A DNA stretch of 53,199 nucleotides from NCBI GenBank assembly GCA_000934665.2, contig KZ538239.1, forward strand, positions 62,001-115,199, written 5' to 3'. Positions 37,701 through 50,312 of the stretch are shown one piece after another. Both the position numbers and the translations under genes were made by a program. The notes under the pieces were generated by a model. The model made no database searches and was not told the DNA's origin. It saw nothing but the letters and a program-made list of their open reading frames with translations. How positions within the stretch are numbered: the first letter of the stretch is position 1; each line of letters begins with the position of its first letter. This DNA comes from Catajapyx aquilonaris (lineage: Eukaryota).

Positions 37701-40700
37701 ATAAATACTTTCAGCATAGATCGGTGGCTGGTGCCTCCTAAGCCGAAATGCAAAAAGGTTCCGTTTCTACGGAAGATTGTGGCTCTCAAACCATACCAAA
37801 TGTCATACCCTTATATTAAGAACAATTATGTGTACGTGTTCTTTCTGTTGGCTTACCTGGCTATCAACGTGGGCCTGTTTATATCAAGAGCAGTGCAGTT
37901 TAGACATTCCAATTACTGCGTCATTTTTGCACGTGCTGCAGGTAAGGTGCTGTAGCTATATTTTTGAGTATGTATTTAGCATAACAGAAAGCATTGTTGT
38001 CTTACAGGCCAATGCTTGAACTTTAACTGCGTGTTTATACTTATCATGATGATGCGTCAGAGCATCACTTTCCTAAGGGCTCATGGATTTAGCAACGTCT
38101 TGCCTCTAGACCAACATATCTACTTTCACAAAATGGCCGGACTCATCATAGTCTTCTTCGGCGCTTTGCACACAATTATGCATCTCATTAACATAGGTGA
38201 GCATGAAAATCGAATTTTGAACTTAATATAATGAAAACTTTTACCATTGAACTGGGATCATGGGCAGTTCCCTACCTTATGAGATTTACGTGATTAATCG
38301 AGATATTTTTTTTTCAATCCAGACTTAACCATCGTCCCTAGTGAAGAGAGTAACCCTAATAATTACACGTACGTGGAGTGGCTCTTTACGTCGAAACCCG
38401 GGGTGTTTGGACTGGTCCCAGGTGCGGCCTTTCCGACCGGCGTGCCCCTGGCCATTATTCTGGCGGTGATGGTTATATGTTCGCACCCATTTGTGAGGAG
38501 AGGCGGAAGCTTCGAGGTGCGTATTTTTCTTCTGCACCATTTAACACACTGGAAACAAAAAATGGCGGAAATTTTCCGGTTTACTCTCAGGGTAAAAAAG
38601 TGGGAAGTGTCAACACGACAGGGAAATCTGACGTTGCATCATTGCACATGTTACATGACACATATATTTTAAATATTTCAGATATTTTACTTCACCCACC
38701 TGTTGTACATACCTTTCTGGGTGTTGCTTATCTTCCACGGGCCAAACTTCTGGAAATGGTTCATTGCTCCAGGGATACTGTACCTGGTGGAAAGGGTAGT
38801 TCGGTTCTCTAAGACCCACACGGGTCACGGCAAGTCCTACATCAGCCTAGGGGTACTTCTGCCCTCCAAGGTGACCCACCTGGTCATCAAAAGGTCGCAG
38901 TACTTTGACTTCCATCCAGGAGATTACTTATTTGTCAACATACCCGCCATTGCCAAGTACGAATGGCATCCATTCACCATCAGCAGTGCTCCGGAGCAAG
39001 ATGGTATAAGCAGGATATCTCGCATTGCGAATTTTCTGTTATTATGAAAAAAAATTTATTTTGCAGATTCAATATGGCTACATGTCCGAGCCGTTGGAGA
39101 ATGGACTCATCGGCTTTATGATTACTTTGAGGAGCTGCATAATCCGGCAGAGTCCATATTGGCTGACGCTGACAGTAAATGGAGGCGGTTGCAGTTGTAA
39201 GTGTGTTAGATGTGATTCGTTAATTTTCTCAACGACCCAAAGACCGCCCGTGTGAACCCAAGTTCCATCGACTTTCCATCCGCAGATCAATCCAGAAATC
39301 GCTGCACCAAAGGGAAGGATCGGTGAGCGCAACGAAGAAGAGCGTAAATTTCGAACCGACAACCTCAGAGTCGACGCAGGGCATAATAAACCAGAGTTTT
39401 ACATCTGACGATAGCGCAGTATCGACATCCCCGAACGAATTCTCCGAGAATCAGCCGGAAGGGCACAAGTCGAGTTCAGGTCAGTCAACTTTGCGAGTCA
39501 ATAATATAAGCCGGCGGTGTAGCACAGTGACGACTTCTGTGGGCTGTAATTCTCTTTTTGCTCTTTTCCTCTCTTTCCACCGACAGAAACGAGCATTACG
39601 TCCGAATCGCTGGTTTCTCCGAAGAAGAGCCCCATGATCTGGAGCGCGGAGAGGTCGCGGTACATGATGATGAGGAAGAAACCTCTGTCGAAATCCGTGT
39701 CCATGCCAGACGTACAAAGCCGGATGAAGAAGAGGGAACGACTTCTTGCGTGAGTCACTCTGCTTAGTAAGAAAGCCGGATCTGCAGTGTGCAATTGCGC
39801 ATTACAAATACGTCTTTTTTTTGCTGATAATATTCGATTTATATATAAAAAAATCATCCATGCTTTTCCTGCAGAATTCGAAGCTTCAATCGATCCGAGT
39901 CTGAGAAGAGCTTCGATGACAGCCATCTCCAGCAGGGTCAGGCCAGGTCGCTGACCCCCCACTCGGCCTACATGACCCCACAGAACCGGTCGGTGGTGAA
40001 GAGCTTCCGTTACATGTGGCACAAGCCGACCATAATCGCTTTGAAGACACCCAGCGTCGACTCGCGTCTTGGAGACACGACGACGTCCGGCGCCGGCGCC
40101 TCTTTTTACACGGCCAGGGACGCTGAGGAAGGTCGGATGGACGAGGACGACAAGATTGGTCGGACAGCGTCAATCGACAGCGACGTCGACATGACCATTG
40201 GGAAGCCACTGGAGATATACATCGACGGACCGTACGGAGCACCTTCCAGCCACATATTCAGGGCTCAACATGCTGTGCTGATAGCTACTGGCATAGGCGT
40301 GACTCCATTCGCGTCCATCTTACAGTCAATCATGCACAGGTACTGGAAGGCCAGACACACATGCCCTAGATGCCAACTTACCTGGGCTGGAGAGGTACCG
40401 CAGTCCGTCATGAACCTCAGAAAGGTCAGAAAATTTTTAAAATTAAAAAGTGGGGGGGAAAAAATTGGGGGTTCAGAAATGATTGCCACCTCGACGAAAG
40501 AAAGCGTCGGGTCGAAAAGCCAGCTCGACACGATTGATTGTGTGTCTTTTGCAGGTTGACTTCTTCTGGATCAATCGTGACCAGCGTTCATTCGAGTGGT
40601 TTGTGAACCTGTTGTCGCAGCTGGAAATCGAGCAGGCTGAACTGGGAGGTGCCATGGAACGATTCCTCGACATGCACATGTACATCACTTCAGCTTTGCA

Positions 40701-41291
40701 GAAGAACGACATGAAGGCCGTCGGATTGCAGCTGGCCCTCGAGCTATTGCACCAGAAGGTGAGGATATAATTAATTCTGTAGCGAGCAACAGGTAGGCGC
40801 GAAGATATCTTTCTCCTAATGATCTAATAGGCTTATTCTCTCCATCGGATATTTGTCCGACCTGATTGTATCGCTATCTCTCGCACGACCTGAGGGTGGC
40901 GGGAGTATATGCAAAGGGAGGGTGCGCCATCTATGCACGAATAATAGTACTAGGAGGTAAATCGGCGGGCAATGTCATTGTTTGTCACTGTCATATAGGT
41001 TTTGCCCAATTTTGGCAATGGGCTCACTAGTACAACTATCCTTATTTTTGCCTGAATTTAACCCACCAGTACTAATGTGTTATTTTTTTGTAGGAAAAGC
41101 GTGATTTGATCACAGGCCTGAAGACGAGGACCACTGCTGGTCGGCCCAACTGGAACAAAATATTCCAGCAGATATCGGACCAGAAGAAGGGCAAAGTCAC
41201 CGTGTTTTATTGCGGCCCACCCGCTTTGGGAAGGGTCCTTCGAGTCAAGTGCGACGAATTCGGATTCCGATTCCGAAAGGAGATATTCTAG
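31735..41291 (+). CDS. NOX5: Calcium-activated NADPH oxidase NOX5 (arthropod type, Drosophila Nox-like), 17 exons, about 1135 aa
   Basis: Exons: 31735-31974, 34111-34205, 34691-34805, 35007-35104, 36372-36492, 36976-37126, 37412-37628, 37715-37941, 38008-38196, 38323-38516, 38682-39003, 39067-39196, 39286-39479, 39587-39749, 39875-40424, 40555-40758, 41094-41291; total 3408 nt, all GT-AG and phase-consistent. EF hands DRDNSGSISLQEF and DIDGDGLIQANEL; heme His pairs in FHKMAGLIIVFFGALH and THLLYIPFWVLLIFH; FAD motif WHPFTISSAP; NADPH motifs DGPYG, ATGIGVTPFASIL, FYCGP; CPRC; C-terminal KEIF. No peroxidase domain, so not DUOX. Exon 1 is the least certain. Confidence 0.96.
36675..36736 (-). ncRNA. 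Type III hammerhead-ribozyme-like fold with G12-to-C substitution (probably inactive)
   Basis: Minus strand GGGU U UCUGUUU cguuaucguau AAACGGA CUGAUGA CAC ugcguuuggagc GUG CAAA CCC: stems I, II and III all abut the core in the correct register; CAAA replaces GAAA. Confidence 0.35.
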
Positions 41292-44200
41292 ATTTCCTTT
41301 GTTTCATCAACAATCACCCGACCATATCCCCATCCGTCCGTCCCTTCCCCCGGCTTAAATAAATCTGTGCCGAAACTATTTCATCCGAGTAAGACCTAAA
41401 TTCCATTTAGGCAGAATTCTCCGCATGGGAACCAGGACCATGCGGGGGGTTGTGGCCCTCTAAAAAAAAAAAAGGAGCTCCCGCGCTTTTGTCGAGACCA
41501 ACGTTTGGTCGACTGGAAAACACGACTTTGCTTTTAGTCGCGTGGGCGTGGGCTGGAGGTAGGACTCAGTTTACCCTTTCCCCAGAACCACAAAACGAGG
41601 CTTCCACACAAATTCTGGGGAAACATTGTGGGGGCTAGAAGCTCAGTCCCCCCCCTCCAGCCTACCTCCCCCCCACCACCACCGTTGGCAACCCAAAACA
41701 GACCTGCAATGACTGCACGTCCATAATCCAACAATACATGTCTCGCAATTTGAGTTGAACCGCCAAACTTAAGCAGATTGGGGGGAACAAAATACCTGTA
41801 GTGTTCAGGGGGAGTTAAATCCGTCGCTTTAAAAGTATCGAGCGAACGACCATACCTTTTGGCAAATTGTGCAGTAAAGTGAGACCTGCCCTCCGCGTAG
41901 TTGCGACGTAAATCCGGGTTGTTGCCTGGGGACACAATTATAGGTCCCGGTTGACTCCATATATTCTCTTTTTTCTGGCCAGTCGATTTTGCTAAATGGC
42001 TGGATTTTTTTTCCACACCTTTTACATACTGTATAATCGGACGTGACAGGAGGTGCTGTCGCTGAATTTCTTGGAGGTGTAATGCATGGTAAGCGCGACA
42101 GATCAATTGCATACTTGCTGGAGTCAAACTTATGAACTTTGGTCGTGCACCATCAGCGATAGAAAACAAATAGGACATTTAATGGGGCATTTAACTGCAC
42201 GCAAAAATAACGCAACAAAAAATACAGCATCATTACTTATCAAAAACCAGAGCCGTGGTTTTATAGTAGAGCTCGCAATTTAATTTTGTCATTTCAATAA
42301 TGCAATAACTTGCAAGAGCGACTACAAATCGAGTTTTTGCAGGCAATTTGGGGGCAAACAATGTAGCAGATTTTTTCTGGAATTAGCAATATTTATCCTA
42401 CGGTCGTGATGTAGTGTAAGGACGTAGTCACGACAATTACGCTTTGAGAGGACACTGAAGGATTGCTGGCGAAAATCGACGAGGTCACGAAGAGAACTAC
42501 TCGAACAGGTGAGACTTTCAGAGGATCCTCATAATAAAGTCTTTACTATATAGCTATATTTCTTCCTGCGTTCCTCATATATAAACAGATATTTGCAGTA
42601 AACATCTGATGAATATTACCAGTTAGATCAAGTAACGGCCTGTTTTTCTTTAATCATATCCTGCAAAAAAAAACAAACTACAAGTTTGCTCTTTAAATTT
42701 TACTCCCTTGAAATGCAGCATCATAACGACCTCCAGCGTCGTTCGCCGTGTTTGCGCAGCTCAAATTAAAATTCCCAGCCAAGCAGAAGAAAAATAATCA
42801 CAACCCTCGCCCAATTTTCGTAAGGCATAATAGCATGTAAGCTAACATGCGCAGCTTATATGTACTGCACGTTATCTTATCAGCCCTTGTTAAAAATCCG
42901 TTATCAAACATTTTTGCTAAATTCCAGGTATGGCAAGGTGCGAATGTATTCCTGGCCTGATAGGATTTAAAGCAGTGCGTTTTGATAATAACCATCGCTT
43001 TGCCGCGGGATGAACAATGGAAATGCGAGTGTATGAAATTCGTTTTTATTACGGCGATTAACCGCAGTAACAATGCATATTAAAAGCGCATTATGGTGCG
43101 GAATATTAAAACCCCCACCACCCACCCCTCCCCCCAAAAACCAAGCCCAAAGTCCAGCCTATATATGGGCAGAGAGGGGGGGGGGGGTTGTAGGTAACTG
43201 TAGCGGGCAATTAAAAGCCAGCAATGTTTTCACAATGACAGTTAATGCCGCATGCGGCGGCTCTATTAGATATTGCAACTCTATGCGCCAATTTATTGCC
43301 TGCCTATGCCGGCCCCCCCTTTTTCACCTTATTAAATGCAACCGGGCTGAATTCATGCGATGGAATCCGATGTGCCCCGCAGCATTTTGGGAAAGGCTTG
43401 CAAAAAAATTTTTGAAAATGAGGACTTAAAGCTTTTGATAGCCAATTTGGCTTATTTTTCGAAGGAAAATAAAAAAGAGAAGGTCTAATATTCAGGGTTT
43501 TCAAACGTTCCAAGTGTTCCGAGCTGATTAATTATTAGTGACGTAATTAACAACGGCGCCACACTGCACTTTTCTAGCTTCCGGTTTTTTTTTTCGCGAA
43601 GTGTGCTAAGCAAGTTACCTTCTATTCATAGTGCTAAGGCCTTCTACAAGTTGAAATTGCCAGGAAGTGTAGCGTGCCTATAGCTTGACTCCAGAAATAG
43701 CTAAAGAGAAGGGCATGCGTTTTTTTTCTTCTCTTCTTTTCTTGTGTGTGTATGAGGTCGATTGTGACCATCCCATCCAATCAGGGAGCGCCATTGGAGT
43801 CTGGAGCGGCAATTGCGCCACCGGAAGCCATTTGTAAAGCCGCCAAGGGGGGGATCTTTACATACAAACGTCTTATTTCCCTCCAGCAGCACTTGCAAGG
43901 CAAATGGGATCTACCGATTGTATGTATCCCCCGCGAGCTCATTTTTACAGCCATGTCGATTGATTTCGCCAGGAGTTGGAGGTTAAATGACGGCTATAGG
44001 AATGATCGATCCTGAGAGTTGTCCAAAAAAAAAGGAGAAAGATTTTTTTATTTTTTTAAAAAAAGAGAGTAAGGGAGCTAGGGGAGGTGAAACGATTTCA
44101 GTCACCAAGAGACGATAATCCTCAAGTGCCGCTTCTGGATTATAAATCACTGGCTGATTTTAATGAAGATGGATTTATGCATTGTAGTTCACAAACTCGA

Positions 44201-45364
44201 TCTTTTCCTCCCAGAGCTCTTAGGAGAAGATTAATACCACGGGGCTCTGAATCTGAGAAGGAAAGGAGCTAGGCTTTTGGAAGGGCTCAAGACGAATGCT
44301 CGATGCGTGCAACTTTGCCGAGCCTAGACTGCGAAAAGGTCCTTTTATATACCTCAAACTAACTTGCCACTTTCTTCAACAATGGCCGGTTTCATTTGCA
44401 TCCACTTTTCCAAGTTGAGCCAACAATCACTTGGTGGGTGCGATTCTACGATGCACACTATAGAGAGACTATTCAGTCGTAAATAATAATTTTGGTTGTG
44501 CTTACAAAATCACTGTGGTGAAAGTGCTACATTTTGTCTAAAATGAAAGTGATGAGATTTTTTTGATGTATATTCAGAATAAGCGATGGCCTTTGTTTGC
44601 CAGTAAGATACACGCGATTGCATAGTGTTTGCACGTCGCACTAGTCCATATCCGCTTCTAATTAGAGTCTAGTTTCGGCCAGCAATTGTCACGAGAAACG
44701 AGGCGTTAATTACAATTTTTAGGTCCGGCCATAAATCTGGAGAGCTCGCGTATATAATTTTGATGTGACGTTGCGGACCGTGCACCGATTGAATTCGATA
44801 AACAGCTAATATCCATTATTTCGGACGCTGGGGACAAATATTAGCCGATTCACTATCGGTACACATAATACTACAAGTTAATGGCGGATCGTAAAGCACG
44901 GCAAACCCGGTTTAGAGCGATACGGGAAGGCATCACTTATTAACAAAGCTTAAAAAATAGGTGGGCTGGAGGAGAAAAAATAAGCGGGGNGGAGGTTACA
45001 TCACATCAGAAAAAAGTTTTTCTAACCTCCTTGTAGGGCTCGATTTCCATGCCGAGCACATAGATGCTTTAACCTTCCATTTAGCCGAGCCAAATTGCCC
45101 CCGTGGAGTTCATGAAAGCAAGCTCGAGGCTCCCAAATGGCGAATTATGTCCGGGCGTCTATCTTGCCCAGGAATCTCTAATATCTGGAGGGTGGTTCTG
45201 CCTACTTCTCTCTCTTTCTCTCTCTTTTTTTAATCCAACATGCTTATTCATTCTATCCGGGTTATGGCTCCAGGAAATATATTTACACTTTGATATTTTC
45301 CGAACAACTGGAACGAACATGTGATGTTAGATCGACATTTAAAAATAAATTCAGACGGCTGTAG

Positions 45365-45385
45365 GAATTTGTGCGAGACACCCTG
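45365..45385. mobile_element. Solo right-hand terminus of the CAGGGTGT MITE family
   Basis: gaatttgtgcgagacaccctg|TA; reverse complement CAGGGTGTCTC matches the left end at 17367. No partner end found nearby. Confidence 0.3.
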
Positions 45386-47531
45386 TATGTTGAGCCTTTT
45401 AAAACTGTGTTCAAATATTTGATTAGATTACGCAAAAGCCATACAGTGCTGAATTATTAGCAAGCATTTGCGATACGCTGGGCAATAGTTGGCTGATCTG
45501 ATGCTGGATAAATATCTCCAGTATGTATGCAGTTGGGTCTATGGAGAGATGTGATAAACCCGGCGGTAAAAAAAAGGCTTTGCTGAAAAGCTCTTTGAAA
45601 GTTGAAACTCAATTCAGTACTCGGTGCTTTTTAGTTGCGTTCATGCATATCACGACTTTCCCTAGATTTTTTTTTTTTGGAAGACTATATGCGTCGTGTA
45701 CTTGCGAAAGTTAATGCGGGACTAATCTTTCTTAAGTGCACTGCAACTGTTCGCAAAGGAAATGTATAACATTAGCATGTGCTTATGGTGGGATAAGTTC
45801 ATTGCAGAACTTAAGGCTCGAGATAATAATTATAATAACTTATACTGCATGCTCGGATATATTGTGCCTTCTAGCGAGAATAAGCTATAGAATTTTTGAA
45901 AGTTTTTTTTACAAGAGGCTGACTTCATTATATGTATTATGACATGCAAAATACTTCAATTTCCGCATTAAAGTCAACATTACGACTAGCCTTATCAAAG
46001 GACGGAAAAACAACAATTATGTTATTGGCCCTAGGCGCAAGCCCCTGAGTTATTTTTCACCTCAATTCACTGCCAGTTACCTGACGATAGGCAGTGCTTT
46101 AAAAACACATTGTAGGTTCCGAAACATTATCGCAATGAGCTACAAAATGTTAGTGATATTGTTTGCAGTGTTGTCCATTGTAACATCAGTAAATCCGAAT
46201 ACATTTCACCATTCCCATTGCGACAAACTTTGAATCTCTCAGATTTTCGCTCGACTCTCGCGAGTCATCCCAACCGCGCTAATAATTAACCAGGGATTTC
46301 GCCGGTGGCAAATATTTGCCGAGTAAATTCCGTAATTGGTCCAGAAGTTTGCTGACAACGCCCTTGAAGCGTCGGCCTCTGCGCCAAAGGGCGCGTCATG
46401 ACGCTTTTGGAGGCTTCTCTTTCCTCCCCACGACGCCACGCCACGCTGATTCCCCGGATGTGGATGGCGTCGCCCCCCCCTGACATTTTTGTGCCCAAAG
46501 TTTGCCCTCCTCTGTAATGAATAACACCAGCTCGCCAGCGCCAAGATATTTTGACAAGTTCATACAATAGACGGTTGGGAGGGGGGGGAAAAGCGTTAGT
46601 CTATTCTACCAACGACAAGAGATGCGGCTGCTAGATTGAAACTCGTGGGGGCGTTCCCTCAAAACATTACCTCAGAAAGGATGTTATGATGCTGTCATTT
46701 ACCCTTGCTGGGTGGGGGGGTTGTCCCAGTAGAAAAGGGGGGGGTTGGAAGCGGAAATTAATTTATGAAGCCCAAACAACAAGGGTTGGGGGCGAAAAGA
46801 GCAAAGGGGGGTGTATAAGTTGAGGCAATTTAGGGAGCAGAGATGGCTTCAGAGTTCGCGGTCACCGCACATTTACAGAGACGCCAAGATGGCACCCCCC
46901 CCCCCCTTTATATTTTTGGGGGACGTGCATGAAATTGAAGGGGGGTGGGGGGAGAGATAGTAATTAAGGTTAGGTGAATGCTGCAACTCTTGCTCGAGGG
47001 AGGGGGATGACAAGAGCTGTGGAATGTGGGACACCTGGAAATGACTCATAAAAACAAGGTACACAAACAGAGAGGAAGAGACTCGTAATTAATTGCGAAT
47101 TATTTTTGCAGGCTTGTGAGGTTTGTGCATGATCTCTCATATTGTGAGGGATAGGACAGGGCAGTGCATATAGTTACAGTGTAATTACAGAGACAAAATG
47201 AGAAGTGGGCATGGTATGAACTTTTGCTTTAGTTGAAACAAAGCAGGTGGGACAGGTTTTCTAATTAGTTAAATATAATGCACTTATTCAAAGCTTGCCG
47301 TAAATAATTTAGTGAAGCTTATTCTTCTGCTGTGCTACGGGTTTTAGAGGATTATTTTGAGACGTGTGCTCGATTTTTCTTACAGGGGAAAAAATGCTAT
47401 AGTGATGGAGCAAGAAAGAAAAGGCATTTCGTATAATTATATAGCCCAAGGCCGAATAGCAATCTGCTTGGTACTCGTTTATATCTCTGGGAGCTCTTAA
47501 GTACATTATTAAAAATTAACAAAACAAAATA

Positions 47532-47600
47532 CAGTTGAATCCGGATATTACCGATTGCAAGGGACTGGGCCGGAAAAAGTATGTTCCGAGTGGCCGAGTT
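47532..47600 (+). mobile_element. Possible pogo/Tigger-like DNA transposon terminus
   Basis: TA|CAGTTGAATCCGGATATTACCG...GCAAGGGAC resembles pogo-type ends; no matching opposite end seen. Confidence 0.25.
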
Positions 47601-50312
47601 GAGGTGAAAATGAGTTTGTTATATTAGGAGTATAAATACACAAGGCCTTTATGTGGATAAAATCAAACATTTCGAACATTGTAGCTAAACATTACGATAT
47701 TGAGAGGGTAAACTATACTCTTACGGATTAAAACAATTATAATTAGTATTATTAACCGTCATATTTGTAGCTCTAATTAATATTTTAATTATATGGCCTG
47801 GTTACATATTCTCATGTCTAATTTGGTGCCATGAACGTTATGTTACTGTAATATTCAGCTACATTTTGTTACGTTAATACTTAAACAATCACACCCACAT
47901 TTTAAATAATTACCTTTCTTATTACACTGGACTACTTCGATCAATGCTAAGTTTACATTAGTGAGCTAATGCAGTAATTTTAGCTCTAAAATGAACGAAA
48001 AAAAGATCACCTTCGTCCATCGGGTTACGATTTCGGTTCCCCCCCCCCCCTTTTTTTTCCCGCCGACTGACAAGTAAGTTAAGGTTCCCTCTTCTTTATA
48101 AGCAGGTTACGCAATTTGCAAACAGAATTTCCTCTTATCAGCCATTGCATGAGACCTACGGAAGACCTGCGACTGATAGGAAACCAGCAGACTACTTTTT
48201 TTTACGATCCAAAGGGATTTCATGCTAATGTAAACCAAATTGAATTGGGACGACTCTTCTCCAGGGAAACGTAATCAGGTTTTTATTGGGGGGGGGGGGG
48301 GGGAAGGCTTCTGCCGTTGTGGCATTCAACAAATAGTCTCTTGAATGACACGCAATCGAATTAAAGGAGGCTTGTTATGTTTGAAATATTTATTGCATTT
48401 GCTGCACTCTTTCAATGAGATGAGCAGACAGTGGGGGTTTTATTTTAGGAAAATCAGATTGTTTAAAAAACACAAATGTAAAGAAGGAAAACTGCACATT
48501 TCACAGTTCTTTAAAAAATATACATATTTATGCTGGACAAAATATTTACACTTGCATTAAATGAAGATTTTTCCATTAGCATGTAATGTCAATGCCATTT
48601 CTATGGGTATTGTACAAGAGTAGTAATGCTTTTATGGTCCTGTTGTTCTTATTTCTGAAACAAGTTTGAGCAAGTGTTCAATACACTTCATCCCCTCTCC
48701 AATAGCTGAAATTCTGGCAAACCGTCCACCCTGTACATTGCAAATTAAATGAGAAGTATGACCAACTGGCCCGAACCGAACTGAATTCGTAATGGGACCG
48801 TTGGAGGTATGAGGGCTATATGGTGCTTGCCTGGAATGCTAAAACACACATTGCTATATTGTACAGTACAGTCCTCTGTACTCAATTTTTCATTGCTCCT
48901 TTGAAGTGTTATTTTTATATGCCCGATTATAACTTAATTTCAGCTTAGTTTCCGACTTTAATGAATTAATTAATAACGATGATTTTTGGTAATACTGAAA
49001 ACAAGAAAATGAATTTCACAGTTGGATGATAAAACACATTAATTGCTTTTTTCGTAAAACTATCCATAATGATTTTTCTTTTTCTTTTAACTTATTTTGT
49101 GATTATGCGGAGTCTTCGAAGGCTTACTGTTTTTTGTTGCATATTTTTAACATTGCAAAAATTAAGAAAAAGCCCCCGTCATCTGATGCCAGAGACGGAA
49201 GGCAGAGAGACTGCTCCGACTGAAGTAGAACATTAGGCCTCTTTAAATGACCAGGTCTGTTTGGGATTTAGGATGAACTGAGGGGCAGAGGGTCCTAGAA
49301 GGGTGCTAATTTGGAGGAGGTTGATGGAGGGGCATGGGTTGGTGCTGGTTTAGAGGCGGTGGGGGCCATGAAGCCACTGCGCATCCATCACGTGCCCTCA
49401 AAGCTTCCGAGCCATGTTTCAGCCTACATTCACTAAAATATCCTGAAAGAGAAACATGTAGTGCGATATCGGGTTTTGAGCAGGATTAGATCGCATCTGT
49501 CCATTTCTGCTTTGAAGGAAGGCATGCAAAATCCAGCCATTGCATTGTCTCAAATTTCGACATTTCATTAACTTCAACATCCTCTAAAGGCGGGTGAAGT
49601 GTAATTAATACTTTTAGGAATTATCAAAATAATTATCTGATAACGTTAGGTGAAATAAGAGTGTATACATTAACTGACCTGTAGGAGAGGCTATTTTGTA
49701 ATAAAATGGCCTGAACTGATAAATGGGTCGAAATGTATCATTCACACTATCTCTGGAGCACCTGAGAGAATGTTATTTTCACAAAGCGTGGTAGACATGC
49801 ACACAAGTGACAGCTGACATGTCACTATGTGTTACAAGGTCAGTGAGGGAAATTGGTTGCGCCCCTGTCATTGGACAAGTCCAGTTCTCCATTCTGCGTA
49901 ATCTAATCCATACTCTCTGCTGTCTGCCTTAGCAGTTACTACGTGTACATGGCACGAAAAGCATTCACAGAATACATGCAATGACATGCACAGTGATTAA
50001 GAGAATATATAGCAGCTGATAGGAATCATGGAAATGGTATGTGTAGCAGTGTAGAGGCTACACTATTATTGAAACGTTTGAAGTAGTGTCATTCAGACAA
50101 CAAAGATCGTATTTCAAATGTTACATTCTGATTGGGATTGCGATTTCTGGCAGCCAATCACCTAGTTCCACATTCTTCTACATTAAATTCTCAAACCTCT
50201 ATTGTAACAAAAGCAGTCGATTAAATGCACCTTGATAGGAAGTATTTGCAGTGAAAATATTTTGCTGATATAACATCTGACTCTAATTATTTACAGATGA
50301 GTTAGAATCAAG

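Noticed and set aside
39558..39767. Acidic alternative reading frame over NOX5 exon 14
   Set aside because: Entering it by skipping exon 13 leads to a stop early in exon 15; the other frame carries the conserved KSVSMPD motif.
42440..42514. Exon-like segment EDTEGLLAKIDEVTKRTTRT ending at CAG|GTGAG
   Set aside because: No convincing acceptor or partner exons; upstream frames are closed.
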